DNA from: Candidatus Woesebacteria bacterium
GTDB lineage: Bacteria; Patescibacteriota; Microgenomatia; UBA8517
Assembly (NCBI GenBank): GCA_020060845.1
Contig: JAGUZK010000043.1
Location: 1-60,569, forward strand
Length of the DNA stretch: 60,569 nt
Direction of reading: 5' to 3'
The notes under the pieces were generated by a model, which saw only the letters and a list, made by a program, of their open reading frames with translations, was not told the DNA's origin and searched no databases. How positions within the stretch are numbered: the stretch's first letter is position 1; each line of letters opens with the position of its first letter. This document shows, piece by piece, positions 49,451 through 60,569 of the stretch. The position numbers and the translations under genes are program-made.

Positions 49451-50047
49451 GTGTTGCAATATGCCCAAAAGGATATAGCTATTGAAATGTCATCAAAAAT
49501 CAATGTTTACACTAGAAATCAGAAAAAAGTTGAGGAGATAAAGAGGCTGCTGCCGGCTGTTGAACTAGTTTCCTGTGATCTTGAAGTCGAAGAGATCCAA
49601 TCTCTAGATCCCGTCGAAGTTGCCGTTGCTAAGGCCAAACAAGCATATGAGAAAAGTCAAAAGCAAGCTGGAATTATTGAAGATGTATCTTTGAATATCA
49701 ATTATCTTAATGGCCTGCCTGGAACTTATATAGATGCCTTTATGAAAACGCTTGGAAATGATGGAATATTAAAAATTCTTAGAGGTGCAAAAGACCGAGG
49801 GGCTGAAGCTTTGATTATTGTCGTCTATACGGATGAGAAAGGTGACATGCATATTTTTGACGGAAGAGTAAAAGGAAGAATATCTGATAAGGTACTTGGG
49901 GAGGGTTTTGGTTGGGATCCTATATTTATTCCCGAAGGAGATGATCAGACTTTTGCCCAGATGACGCCGGAACAGAAGGATAAATTTTCCATGCGAGCTA
50001 TTGCTTTTAGGAAACTGGGGTTGTGGCTGCAGGGTCTTGACGGATAG
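49451..50047 (+). CDS. rdgB: Non-canonical purine NTP pyrophosphatase (RdgB/HAM1 family)
   Basis: GLPGTYIDAF, FGWDPIFIPEG...TFAQM and KDKFSMRAIA motifs. The likely start is ATG 49487. Confidence 0.8.
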   Translation: MLQYAQKDIAIEMSSKINVYTRNQKKVEEIKRLLPAVELVSCDLEVEEIQSLDPVEVAVAKAKQAYEKSQKQAGIIEDVSLNINYLNGLPGTYIDAFMKTLGNDGILKILRGAKDRGAEALIIVVYTDEKGDMHIFDGRVKGRISDKVLGEGFGWDPIFIPEGDDQTFAQMTPEQKDKFSMRAIAFRKLGLWLQGLDG

Positions 50048-50195
50048 GATATTATCTATGTATAATAGGCATTGCCTTTTAATTTTAATGATTTTGAGGC
50101 ACGGTTTCTGCTAATGAGAAAAATCTTGACAAGAGTAAACCAACTAAAGCGGGTTTTTTTGTTGTTGTAGATTATTTCTAGAGAAAGTAGCAGAT

Positions 50196-50218
50196 ACCGG
50201 CCTTGAGCCGGTTTTTTT
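50196..50218 (+). terminator. Rho-independent terminator
   Basis: ACCGGC-cttga-GCCGGT followed by T7. Confidence 0.6.
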
Positions 50219-50244
50219 ATGATGTAGGTTATGATTCGCAACTG

Positions 50245-50317
50245 GGGCCGTTGGCTCAGTTGGTAGAGCGCGTCATTTGCAATGACGAGGTCGCCGGTTC
50301 GATCCCGGCACGGTCCA
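50245..50317 (+). tRNA. tRNA-Ala (anticodon UGC)
   Basis: Acceptor GGGCCGU/ACGGUCC with the G3:U70 identity pair, anticodon arm CGUCA-UUUGCAA-UGACG, T-arm GCCGG-UUCGAUC-CCGGC. Confidence 0.9.
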
Positions 50318-50528
50318 CCCTAGCTGGGCGGATCGAGGTAGGTCTTGACAGTTATTGAATGGTGGTTGGCAACTGGAATAATTATCGTTGCGAGCCACCA
50401 CTCAAGGATTGTTAAGACTAGCTATTTTGATATTGCACCTTGACAACTGAAGAGAAAGAATAATCGACCACAATTTCTGTTATTGTGGTCGTAAGTAGGC
50501 CAATTCCTTGTATTTTTACAAGGTTAAT

Positions 50529-53523
<2,995 letters not shown>

Positions 53524-53582
53524 AAAAGGTTTGTCTTTCTCTTCAGTTTTGAGGGTGTAATTAGGCTCTTTTTTCAAGATTC

Positions 53583-53704
53583 TGTCCTGGTGAAGATATC
53601 GCCATCGAACCACCCTTACCCATTCCGAACAAGGAAGTGAAAGGTGGCAGAGCGGACGATAGTTGCCCGGCAACGGGTTGCGAAAATACGTCATCGCCAG
53701 GACA
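53583..53704 (+). rRNA. rrf: 5S rRNA
   Basis: Terminal helix TGTCCTGG.../...CCAGGACA and internal CCCATTCCGAACAAGGAAGTGAAA. Confidence 0.85.
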
Positions 53705-53785
53705 GAGTCGTGAAATAAACTAAACCTGTCTTCTTTTATTAATTTGGGTATTTTATTAGGGTAAATAACTTCTAAGGAGGTGATT

Positions 53786-54151
53786 ATGGCAAGATTGCAT
53801 CGTCGTTTTCCCAACCCCCGCGCCCTTGAAGATGGAGTTCTTAATAGTGTAGATCGAGAGTTGGCAGGTCGACCACATATTGTTGAGATTCCTTCTGGTG
53901 GTTGCTACCTAGCCAAGAGGCCAGGGGATCCAATTGGTACCGCTGGGCATGTCTTGACTGAGCAAGGAGCTTTTGAGATTAATGCCTATAGAGCTAAAAT
54001 TGCTGGTAATCCATATAAGCCAACTGTTGGACAAAAACTTTTTTCTGCGGCAATTAGGTTTGGAATTTCTGGTGGCTTGTCTGAGGATGAGTTGCGAGAA
54101 CTACTAGTGGGCCGCGAAAAAGAAGTCTTTTTAAGAGGTGTTGAAAGGTAA
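53786..54151 (+). CDS. Hypothetical protein
   Basis: AAGGAGGTG then ATG 53786. About 121 aa, no motif recognised. Confidence 0.5.
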   Translation: MARLHRRFPNPRALEDGVLNSVDRELAGRPHIVEIPSGGCYLAKRPGDPIGTAGHVLTEQGAFEINAYRAKIAGNPYKPTVGQKLFSAAIRFGISGGLSEDELRELLVGREKEVFLRGVER

Positions 54152-54215
54152 CGCTTGCTTATATCAGCGGGAAGGTGTAAAATTAATTTAGTAAAAAGAA
54201 AGGTGGAAATGAAAG

Positions 54216-55328
54216 GTGACCAAAAAGATCTCTTCTAAAGCTATCTCTTCGAGATCATCTCTGATGGATGATCTACTGTCAAAATATTCGGGAAATTTCA
54301 AGACATTCAAGAAAGGTGACAAGGTTGAGGGGACAATTGTTGAAATTGCTGATGATAGGGTTATTGTTGATATTGGCGGAAAGTCTGAGGGATTAGTTGC
54401 TGGTAAAGCCTTCAAAGAGGCACAGGATTATATAAGCACACTTAAGGTTGGAGATAGGGTGGAAGCATCTGTAATTGTCCCCGAGACACGGGATGGTTTT
54501 ACGATATTATCCTTCAGGAAAGCGAAGTTTGATATCCTTTGGAATACTCTGATTAAGTCAAGAGACAGTGGAGTACCCTTGACTGTCGAAGGAAGGGCTG
54601 TAACCGGTTCGGGGTTGATGGTTGAGGTCAATGGGCTTTCTGGTTTTATTCCTAACTCCCAGCTTGGAAAGGATGCCCTTGAAGATACTCAAAGCCTTGT
54701 TGGCAAGAAGTTTCAAGCAGTTGTAATTGACGTTGATCGTGAGGCAAATAAGGTAATTCTTTCAGAGAAAGAAGTTTCAGAGAAGGAGGAACTTGAATTG
54801 GCAAGACGGGCTATTGAGGAAATCAATGAAGGGGAAATTTTTCAAGGAGAAGTTACAAGTATTTATGATTTTGGATGTTTTGTTAGGATAGAGAAAACCA
54901 CAAGGGAAGGTGAAGTTGTGCCTCTTGAGGGGTTGGTACATGTCTCTGAGTTATCGTGGGATAAGGTAAGGCGAAGTAATGAAGTGGTGAGTGTGGGGGA
55001 CAAGGTCAATGTCAAGGTTATTGCAAAGGCAAGAGGAAAGCTGGCATTTTCAATAAAGCAAACTATCGAGGATCCATGGGAGAGAATTGAGGAGAAGTAT
55101 CACAAGGATCAAAAGGTTGAGGGAGAAGTCATGAGGCAAAATGACTTTGGAGTGTTTGTTGTTCTTGAGCCTGGAGTTGAGGGGCTAGTCCATATTACAA
55201 AGATTCCGCCTTCAGCAAGGTATGAAAGGGGACAAAAGGTTGATGTATATATCGAGGAAGTTGATAAGGAAAATAAAAGGATCTCGCTTGGTCTTGTACT
55301 TACCTCAAAACCTGTAGGATATAAGTAA
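54216..55328 (+). CDS. rpsA: 30S ribosomal protein S1 (four S1 domains)
   Basis: Repeated S1/OB modules (G.KVEGTIVEI..., GEIFQGEVTSIYDFGCFVRI..., KVEGEVMRQNDFGVFVVL...). Confidence 0.85.
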   Translation: MTKKISSKAISSRSSLMDDLLSKYSGNFKTFKKGDKVEGTIVEIADDRVIVDIGGKSEGLVAGKAFKEAQDYISTLKVGDRVEASVIVPETRDGFTILSFRKAKFDILWNTLIKSRDSGVPLTVEGRAVTGSGLMVEVNGLSGFIPNSQLGKDALEDTQSLVGKKFQAVVIDVDREANKVILSEKEVSEKEELELARRAIEEINEGEIFQGEVTSIYDFGCFVRIEKTTREGEVVPLEGLVHVSELSWDKVRRSNEVVSVGDKVNVKVIAKARGKLAFSIKQTIEDPWERIEEKYHKDQKVEGEVMRQNDFGVFVVLEPGVEGLVHITKIPPSARYERGQKVDVYIEEVDKENKRISLGLVLTSKPVGYK

Positions 55329-55368
55329 ATCTATCCTTGATTAACTTTCAACAAGGCACTTATAATGG

Positions 55369-58300
55369 TTGAGAGTTGTGGGTAATTATCTGATCAATAG
55401 TCAAGGAATCTCAGGAAGTAGATTAATGCGTTTTTCAGGAGCTATTTCTCTCCTGTTAATATCTCTGACAGGTCTTAGAGTAGGATTGGTTCTTGTACAG
55501 AAGGGCCAAGACTTAAGTGCTCAAGCACAGACAGTATCTCAACCGTTGGGGGAATATTGGGGTAGTAGAATCTATTCGTATAATTTTGCTTTCAAAACTA
55601 CTCCTGTTCTTTCTGTCCCTCCTTTAAATCGTCCGTTGGGAGTCTATGACCCTAGATTTAATAAGACTTTTATTGTCTATGCTGGCGGAGTGCAAAACAC
55701 CCAAATTAATATAGGAGGTACCAGTCAAACCGTACAAATATCCCAAACCAGCCCATATATTGTGGCATATGATCACAAAAAGCATGTTTGGGAGCCGTCG
55801 GAGATTAGACTTCCCGGCAAGGAGTCAGAAAATCCTGGGGTGGAAATATATGATAACGTAAATGGATCTCACGATTCCCATAATTCACCACAAGTGCTTC
55901 TTGACAAGCAGGGTTATGTCCATGTTTTTTGGGTTGAACATAACGCAACCACATTGGGTATACTTCACGCAGTATCAAGGCAGATAGGTAGTGTCACATC
56001 GGGATGGAATATTTCAAGGATAAATAATCCTGATACCTCAAGAGCGGGTTATTTAACTGCGTTCAAATCAAAATCGGGTGCGATGTACGTTTTTTTTAGA
56101 GCAGTACTCAGAAATCCTGATGGCAGCTTCCACGATGTTGGTAGCTACGAGCCACAGTGGTACATCAAATCTACTGATGATGGACGAACGTGGAGAAAAC
56201 AGATGTTGATAGACCCGATAGAATCCGATGATTGGTGGAACGCAATTTATGTACAAGCGTATGAATATGTTGAATTTCCAAGGGAGGGAGTGCATATAGC
56301 TTTTGCCAACAGCTATAACCACGCAACACAATTTAATAAGCACTATTATTTCTTTTTTAACATGGAAAATGACCATGCTTATGCTCCTGACGGAACGGAC
56401 TTTGGGGTCACGATTGATCAGTATGAATACGAAAGCCACAACTCTTTCATTTATGACCTAAATTTTGGTGCGGGAGGGGTGAGTATCTACGACAGGTATG
56501 CTATAACACAAGATAATAGCGGTAGACCTATCATATTTTATGATTATTGTGATGGGATGTGCGTTCCGTTCAGTCCCTATACAGTCCAGCTTGTTTGGAA
56601 TGGTTCTAGCTGGGACCGCCAAAAATTTTTGAATCGGAACTATCGGTCTCTACCACTTTCTTTGGAAGTTTTGTACAGGAATCAATCTGACATTGACCTG
56701 ATTTATATGGTGGGGGATACTCCGCGGTTTGTTGATGATGTGTACTATTTTAATTTCGATGGAAGAAACTGGAATATTAAGCAAAAAATAATTGAGGATG
56801 ATGTTGGCCATGAAGAAAGGTGGCCACAGCTAGTTAGTTATGTATCTGATTTCAACCCTGAGATTATTGCGGTATATCATAAATTTGATCCGACTAAGGA
56901 GATGGTTGGATCTACGTGGCCCGGCTATAGTTTGATAGGTCACCCCAGACCCAACGGTGTTGAAGGTGTGATTGGGATTAATAACTTCAACACCCCTTCA
57001 AGGTGTAGCTCTTTTTACTACTCGAGGGCAATCTCGGGTAAACCATATTTTATTTTCCCCAAGGAGCAGCCGTGTGACAATTACACGTTGGGGTCAATCT
57101 TTAGGGTTGTACCCTCGTCTGCAGAGATGTACTCACCTCTTATTGAGGTTGAGCCAAACACAAATTATACCTTAACTTATGAAGTTAGGCACAATGGCAT
57201 ACAGGGTTTCTCGGCAACTGGCATAGGAACGGTTGTTGCAACTGAATATCTAGGCACAGCTTTAGAGAGCGATGGGGTTGATGTCAAAGTTTCATCTAGC
57301 GGGATAAGAAATGGTATTCCCTACATTGATATTAACAACTATGATTGGCAAACCAAGCAGTATAGCTTTACTACATCCGCAAGTAGCCGTTTTGTCCGTT
57401 TGCGGTTGAAAACGTCAATCAACGGTACAACAAGAGGTGGAGTATCTTTTAGAAATATTAAAATCTATAAGTCTTCTTCTGCGCCCCAATGCAATTCATA
57501 TTCTGATGTTTGGATAGAAAATTGCACTACTTACCCCCAATCTATCTCTGACCCATCTTTATGTCGGACTTTCACTTACGATGTTACAGTATTTAATAAA
57601 GTCAAGTCTGCCGGCGAAGTGCGTTACATCAATAAACCAATGGATGTCTTGTGCGCAAATGTCCCGGATTCCGACCCGGGTTGGAGTAGCTGGGAACCAT
57701 ATTCTTCACAGAAAGCATGGAGATTGACTTCCGGGAGTGGTGATAAAAGAGTATGTGCCCAATTTAGGAATAGTTTCGGATCTGTAAAGTGTGGTGGAAC
57801 CATAACATATAACCCTTCCCCTTTGTCTTGCCAATCTATGGTTAACTCGTGGATTAACGAATGTAATTCAAACCTTCTATGGTCATCACAAAGCAAGTTG
57901 TGCACAACCTATTTTAGGGAGGTGTCTTTTAATAATAATGTTAGTGGTGCAACCCATATGCGCTTGGTGAGTTTGGATTATTCTCCCAGTGTGCTATGTT
58001 CCGACCTTAGGGATCAAGATTTTCCGCAATGGCAGAAGTATAGTGATAAATTAATTACTCAGGTCACTGAGGGGTTTGGACCAAAAAAGATATGTGCACA
58101 GTTTAAAAATGATACCACAACCGTGAGTTGTGGAGGAATAATTAATTATCAGTCGGCACCACCCTCTCCGACCCCGACTCCTACTCCCACTCTAATTCCC
58201 AGCCCTCCTGAATGCACAAGTAAGAAAGATATATGGCTGAATAATTGTACAATTGACCTAGATCTGGAAAGGGACCCGAAGTGCCTAACCCAAAACAATG

Positions 58301-58743
58301 AAGTTACCATCAATTATAGTGTTAAAAATGCTCAAAGGATGAGGATTATCAATGTCACAAACAGTAGTTTATGCTCTGATGTTCCGGTATCAGAGTACCA
58401 AAAAAGTAGTTGGTTGCCAGTATCCCAACATAATAAATGGACTTTAGATACGGCTATTGATGGAATGAAAAAGGTTTGTGTTGAATTTGAGAATCAGTAT
58501 GGCTCGGCAAGGTGTGGAAGTGTTATTTATTACAAGAATTATTCACCTCTTCCTTCTCCAACAGTATCACTGAGAGACGGAGATGCAAATGGTGACGGCA
58601 GGGTAGATATGGCCGATTATTCAATATGGCTTGCTAACTACGGGGAGAGCACCACTCGCGGGAATGAGGTAGGGGATTTTGATGCTAGCGGGGTAGTTGA
58701 CGGTATCGATTATTCAATATGGTTGCAGAATTACTCCGGCTAA
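55369..58743 (+). CDS. Giant secreted/surface protein: BNR_4-like N-terminal region, three ~110-aa Cys-rich tandem repeats, PT linker, C-terminal dockerin
   Basis: Signal/TM segment (ISLLLISLTGL). The three repeats each begin around CNSY/CQSM/CTSK and end in ...C(A/V)(Q/E)F.N..G...CGG. PSPTPTPTPT linker. DANGDGRVDMADYSIW...DASGVVDGIDYSIW is a dockerin duplicate. Confidence 0.7.
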   Translation: MRVVGNYLINSQGISGSRLMRFSGAISLLLISLTGLRVGLVLVQKGQDLSAQAQTVSQPLGEYWGSRIYSYNFAFKTTPVLSVPPLNRPLGVYDPRFNKTFIVYAGGVQNTQINIGGTSQTVQISQTSPYIVAYDHKKHVWEPSEIRLPGKESENPGVEIYDNVNGSHDSHNSPQVLLDKQGYVHVFWVEHNATTLGILHAVSRQIGSVTSGWNISRINNPDTSRAGYLTAFKSKSGAMYVFFRAVLRNPDGSFHDVGSYEPQWYIKSTDDGRTWRKQMLIDPIESDDWWNAIYVQAYEYVEFPREGVHIAFANSYNHATQFNKHYYFFFNMENDHAYAPDGTDFGVTIDQYEYESHNSFIYDLNFGAGGVSIYDRYAITQDNSGRPIIFYDYCDGMCVPFSPYTVQLVWNGSSWDRQKFLNRNYRSLPLSLEVLYRNQSDIDLIYMVGDTPRFVDDVYYFNFDGRNWNIKQKIIEDDVGHEERWPQLVSYVSDFNPEIIAVYHKFDPTKEMVGSTWPGYSLIGHPRPNGVEGVIGINNFNTPSRCSSFYYSRAISGKPYFIFPKEQPCDNYTLGSIFRVVPSSAEMYSPLIEVEPNTNYTLTYEVRHNGIQGFSATGIGTVVATEYLGTALESDGVDVKVSSSGIRNGIPYIDINNYDWQTKQYSFTTSASSRFVRLRLKTSINGTTRGGVSFRNIKIYKSSSAPQCNSYSDVWIENCTTYPQSISDPSLCRTFTYDVTVFNKVKSAGEVRYINKPMDVLCANVPDSDPGWSSWEPYSSQKAWRLTSGSGDKRVCAQFRNSFGSVKCGGTITYNPSPLSCQSMVNSWINECNSNLLWSSQSKLCTTYFREVSFNNNVSGATHMRLVSLDYSPSVLCSDLRDQDFPQWQKYSDKLITQVTEGFGPKKICAQFKNDTTTVSCGGIINYQSAPPSPTPTPTPTLIPSPPECTSKKDIWLNNCTIDLDLERDPKCLTQNNEVTINYSVKNAQRMRIINVTNSSLCSDVPVSEYQKSSWLPVSQHNKWTLDTAIDGMKKVCVEFENQYGSARCGSVIYYKNYSPLPSPTVSLRDGDANGDGRVDMADYSIWLANYGESTTRGNEVGDFDASGVVDGIDYSIWLQNYSG

Positions 58744-60071
58744 GCTATTTTTCTTTTGAATATGGCACCAACTATTTGTGTTAGATATTGATATGAATGG
58801 GAATCTATAATATTCCTAAATCCCAGCCTTTTTGCTTCCTGAATCCTTTTTTCCTGTACTACCACCTCACGAATATCTCCTAAAAGACCTACTTCACCTA
58901 TTGCCAAGCTCTTTGGCGGGAGTGGTTGGTCAAAAAAAGCAGACGAAATTGCCAGGCAAATAGCCAAGTCTATTGATGGCTCGCTCACTTTTATTCCCCC
59001 CGCAATATTTACGAATATATCAAGATCGTATAAAGGAAGACCGCACCTCCTTGTCAGTATGGCAATCATTATCTCCAGCTTTGATTGTGATATCCCCTGG
59101 GCAATTTTTTTTGGGAATCCGCTCTTATTGGGTACAGCTAGGGCTTGTACTTCCACCAGGAGTGGGCGAGTGCCCTGAAGGATAGATGAGATGCATGACC
59201 CTGGGATTTGTTTTGTACCGTGGGTAAGAAAAATTTTATCAGCGTTAGTGAGAGATTCTAGTCCTTTGTCTGTCATTTCAAAAATTCCTGCTTCATCTGT
59301 TGCTCCAAAGCGGTTTTTATTGGCGCGCAGTAGTCTTATGTTTAGGTTCTTGTCTCCCTCGAAAGTTAAAACCGTATCTACGGTATGAGCCAGCGTTGAG
59401 GGTCCTGCCATTGTACCGCTTTTTGTAATGTGGCCTATCATGACAACTGGTGTACCTGTGGATTTTGCAAATTTGGTTAACCTGTAAGCACATTCGCGAA
59501 CCTGACCAATTGACCCTGCTATGCCTGTAAGATCTGTGGTCTGCATGGTTTGTATGGAATCTACTATGAGGATAGACATTGGTTGCTTCTTTTGTTGGAG
59601 TTTTCTTTCCGACTCTTTTATCACCTCATCAACATCTGTCTCTTCTAAAATTTCAATACCTTTACCTTCTATTCCTAATCTTTTTGACCGTATTGCAATT
59701 TGGATTGCTGATTCTTCTCCAGACACATATAGAGCAGATTCTAATGAGTTAGCTACCTGAAGAAGAAGGGTGGATTTGCCGACCCCAGGCTCTCCCGATA
59801 TGAGAATTACTTGCCCTTGGACAATCCCCCCTCCAAGAACTCTGTCGAGTTCTGGGATTTTGGTTGAGATTCTTTCTCCTGATTTCTTCGGTACATCAGA
59901 TAACAAAATGGGAGGGGTTGACTTTGTCAGCCTTTGGGAATTCTTGGCAGGTGCTTTTATGGACGTCTCAATGGCGCTGTTCCAATTATTGCAATTCGGG
60001 CATTTGCCAAACCATTTTGTCTGTTCGAAGCCACATTGTTGGCAAACGAAGATCGAATTAGTCTTGGACAT
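58740..60071 (-). CDS. radA: DNA repair protein RadA/Sms
   Basis: N-terminal zinc ribbon CQQCG...CPNC, Walker A GEPGVGKST, KNRFG motif, Lon-like C-terminus. Confidence 0.9.
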   Translation of the reverse strand: MSKTNSIFVCQQCGFEQTKWFGKCPNCNNWNSAIETSIKAPAKNSQRLTKSTPPILLSDVPKKSGERISTKIPELDRVLGGGIVQGQVILISGEPGVGKSTLLLQVANSLESALYVSGEESAIQIAIRSKRLGIEGKGIEILEETDVDEVIKESERKLQQKKQPMSILIVDSIQTMQTTDLTGIAGSIGQVRECAYRLTKFAKSTGTPVVMIGHITKSGTMAGPSTLAHTVDTVLTFEGDKNLNIRLLRANKNRFGATDEAGIFEMTDKGLESLTNADKIFLTHGTKQIPGSCISSILQGTRPLLVEVQALAVPNKSGFPKKIAQGISQSKLEIMIAILTRRCGLPLYDLDIFVNIAGGIKVSEPSIDLAICLAISSAFFDQPLPPKSLAIGEVGLLGDIREVVVQEKRIQEAKRLGFRNIIDSHSYQYLTQIVGAIFKRKIA

Positions 60072-60470
60072 GGCAAGTAAAGTATATCATGCTTTTAGTC
60101 CTCAAATTATCCACAATTAATTTTTGATGCGAAAATAATACGAATAATGAAGCTAATTTTTACATGTCATAGACTATAGGTGGTTGTATCTTTATACCAA
60201 TAATAATTATGGGATTTGACAACAGCAAATAAACTTTGTAATATACCTTTAAGATAAGAAAAGAGCACTCGGAAAGTGAGTGCTCTTATATCAAAGAAAT
60301 CTTCGTTACTGGCTAACGAAGAAGGACAGGCTAATTCTTTAACAAGTTAAGGTTAGTATTTAATTTTGGAGTTTGTCAATAAGGTATTTTTAATGCTTGC
60401 CTTTCTTGGGGAGGGGTGGTGTGTAGGGCAGGCGCACTACCCCTTCCTAAGGGAGGTTAGCAGCTTTGTA

Positions 60471-60499
60471 TTGACAAACGTCAATTCCTAATTTACAAT
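60471..60499 (+). promoter_or_regulatory. Sigma70-like promoter pointing out of the window
   Basis: TTGACA, 17 nt, then TACAAT. Confidence 0.35.
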
Positions 60500-60569
60500 G
60501 TAAGCAGTTTATTCAATCTTCCTTTTCTTTCAATAAAAATGTCGTCTGGTTTTGAGAGATTGAATAAGC

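Overview
The window looks like a chromosomal segment of a small-genome, low-GC Patescibacteria/CPR-type bacterium. This is inferred from gene content: an archaeal-type ATP-dependent DNA ligase, many tiny membrane proteins, a giant dockerin-tailed surface protein, a 16S gene with a helix insertion, and dispersed rRNA genes. No database search was possible.

Layout:
- 1-17.8 kb: housekeeping and repair genes (mutM, recF, lig, pcm, pth, Fic, glycosyltransferase).
- 17.9-29.7 kb: a copper-homeostasis and thiol-redox supercluster (CsoR with its operator, CopZ, CopA, cupredoxin-like proteins, DUF305, rhodanese, trxA/trxB, two DsbA-like proteins).
- 30.4-33.7 kb: a small accessory patch of orphan genes. 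It is bracketed by an imperfect ~80-bp direct repeat and lies next to tRNA-Gln/Lys/Glu.
- 35.6-53.7 kb: a dispersed rRNA locus. The order is 16S, then a ~9.5-kb mostly minus-strand island, tRNA-Ile, a ~3.5-kb gene block, then tRNA-Ala-23S-5S.
- After the rRNA locus: rpsA, a 1124-aa surface protein and radA.

The most interesting signal is inside the island. Two complete type III hammerhead ribozyme motifs lie on the minus strand (39152-39225 and 39895-39962) in direct orientation. Their predicted cleavage sites are 739 nt apart. They bracket a 52-aa two-TM ORF with a strong Shine-Dalgarno sequence plus ~360 nt of hairpin-rich ORF-free sequence. This sits within a visibly G+C-richer foreign block.

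The same island also carries:
- a VirD4/TraD-like P-loop ATPase with an unknown partner gene;
- a four-helix-bundle (23S-IVS/Avd-family) gene flanked by an IVS-like inverted repeat;
- a 103-bp element with perfect 11-bp terminal inverted repeats;
- two long ORF-free, structure-rich stretches.

All calls rest on reading the sequence and recalling family motifs. No searches or folding programs were run.
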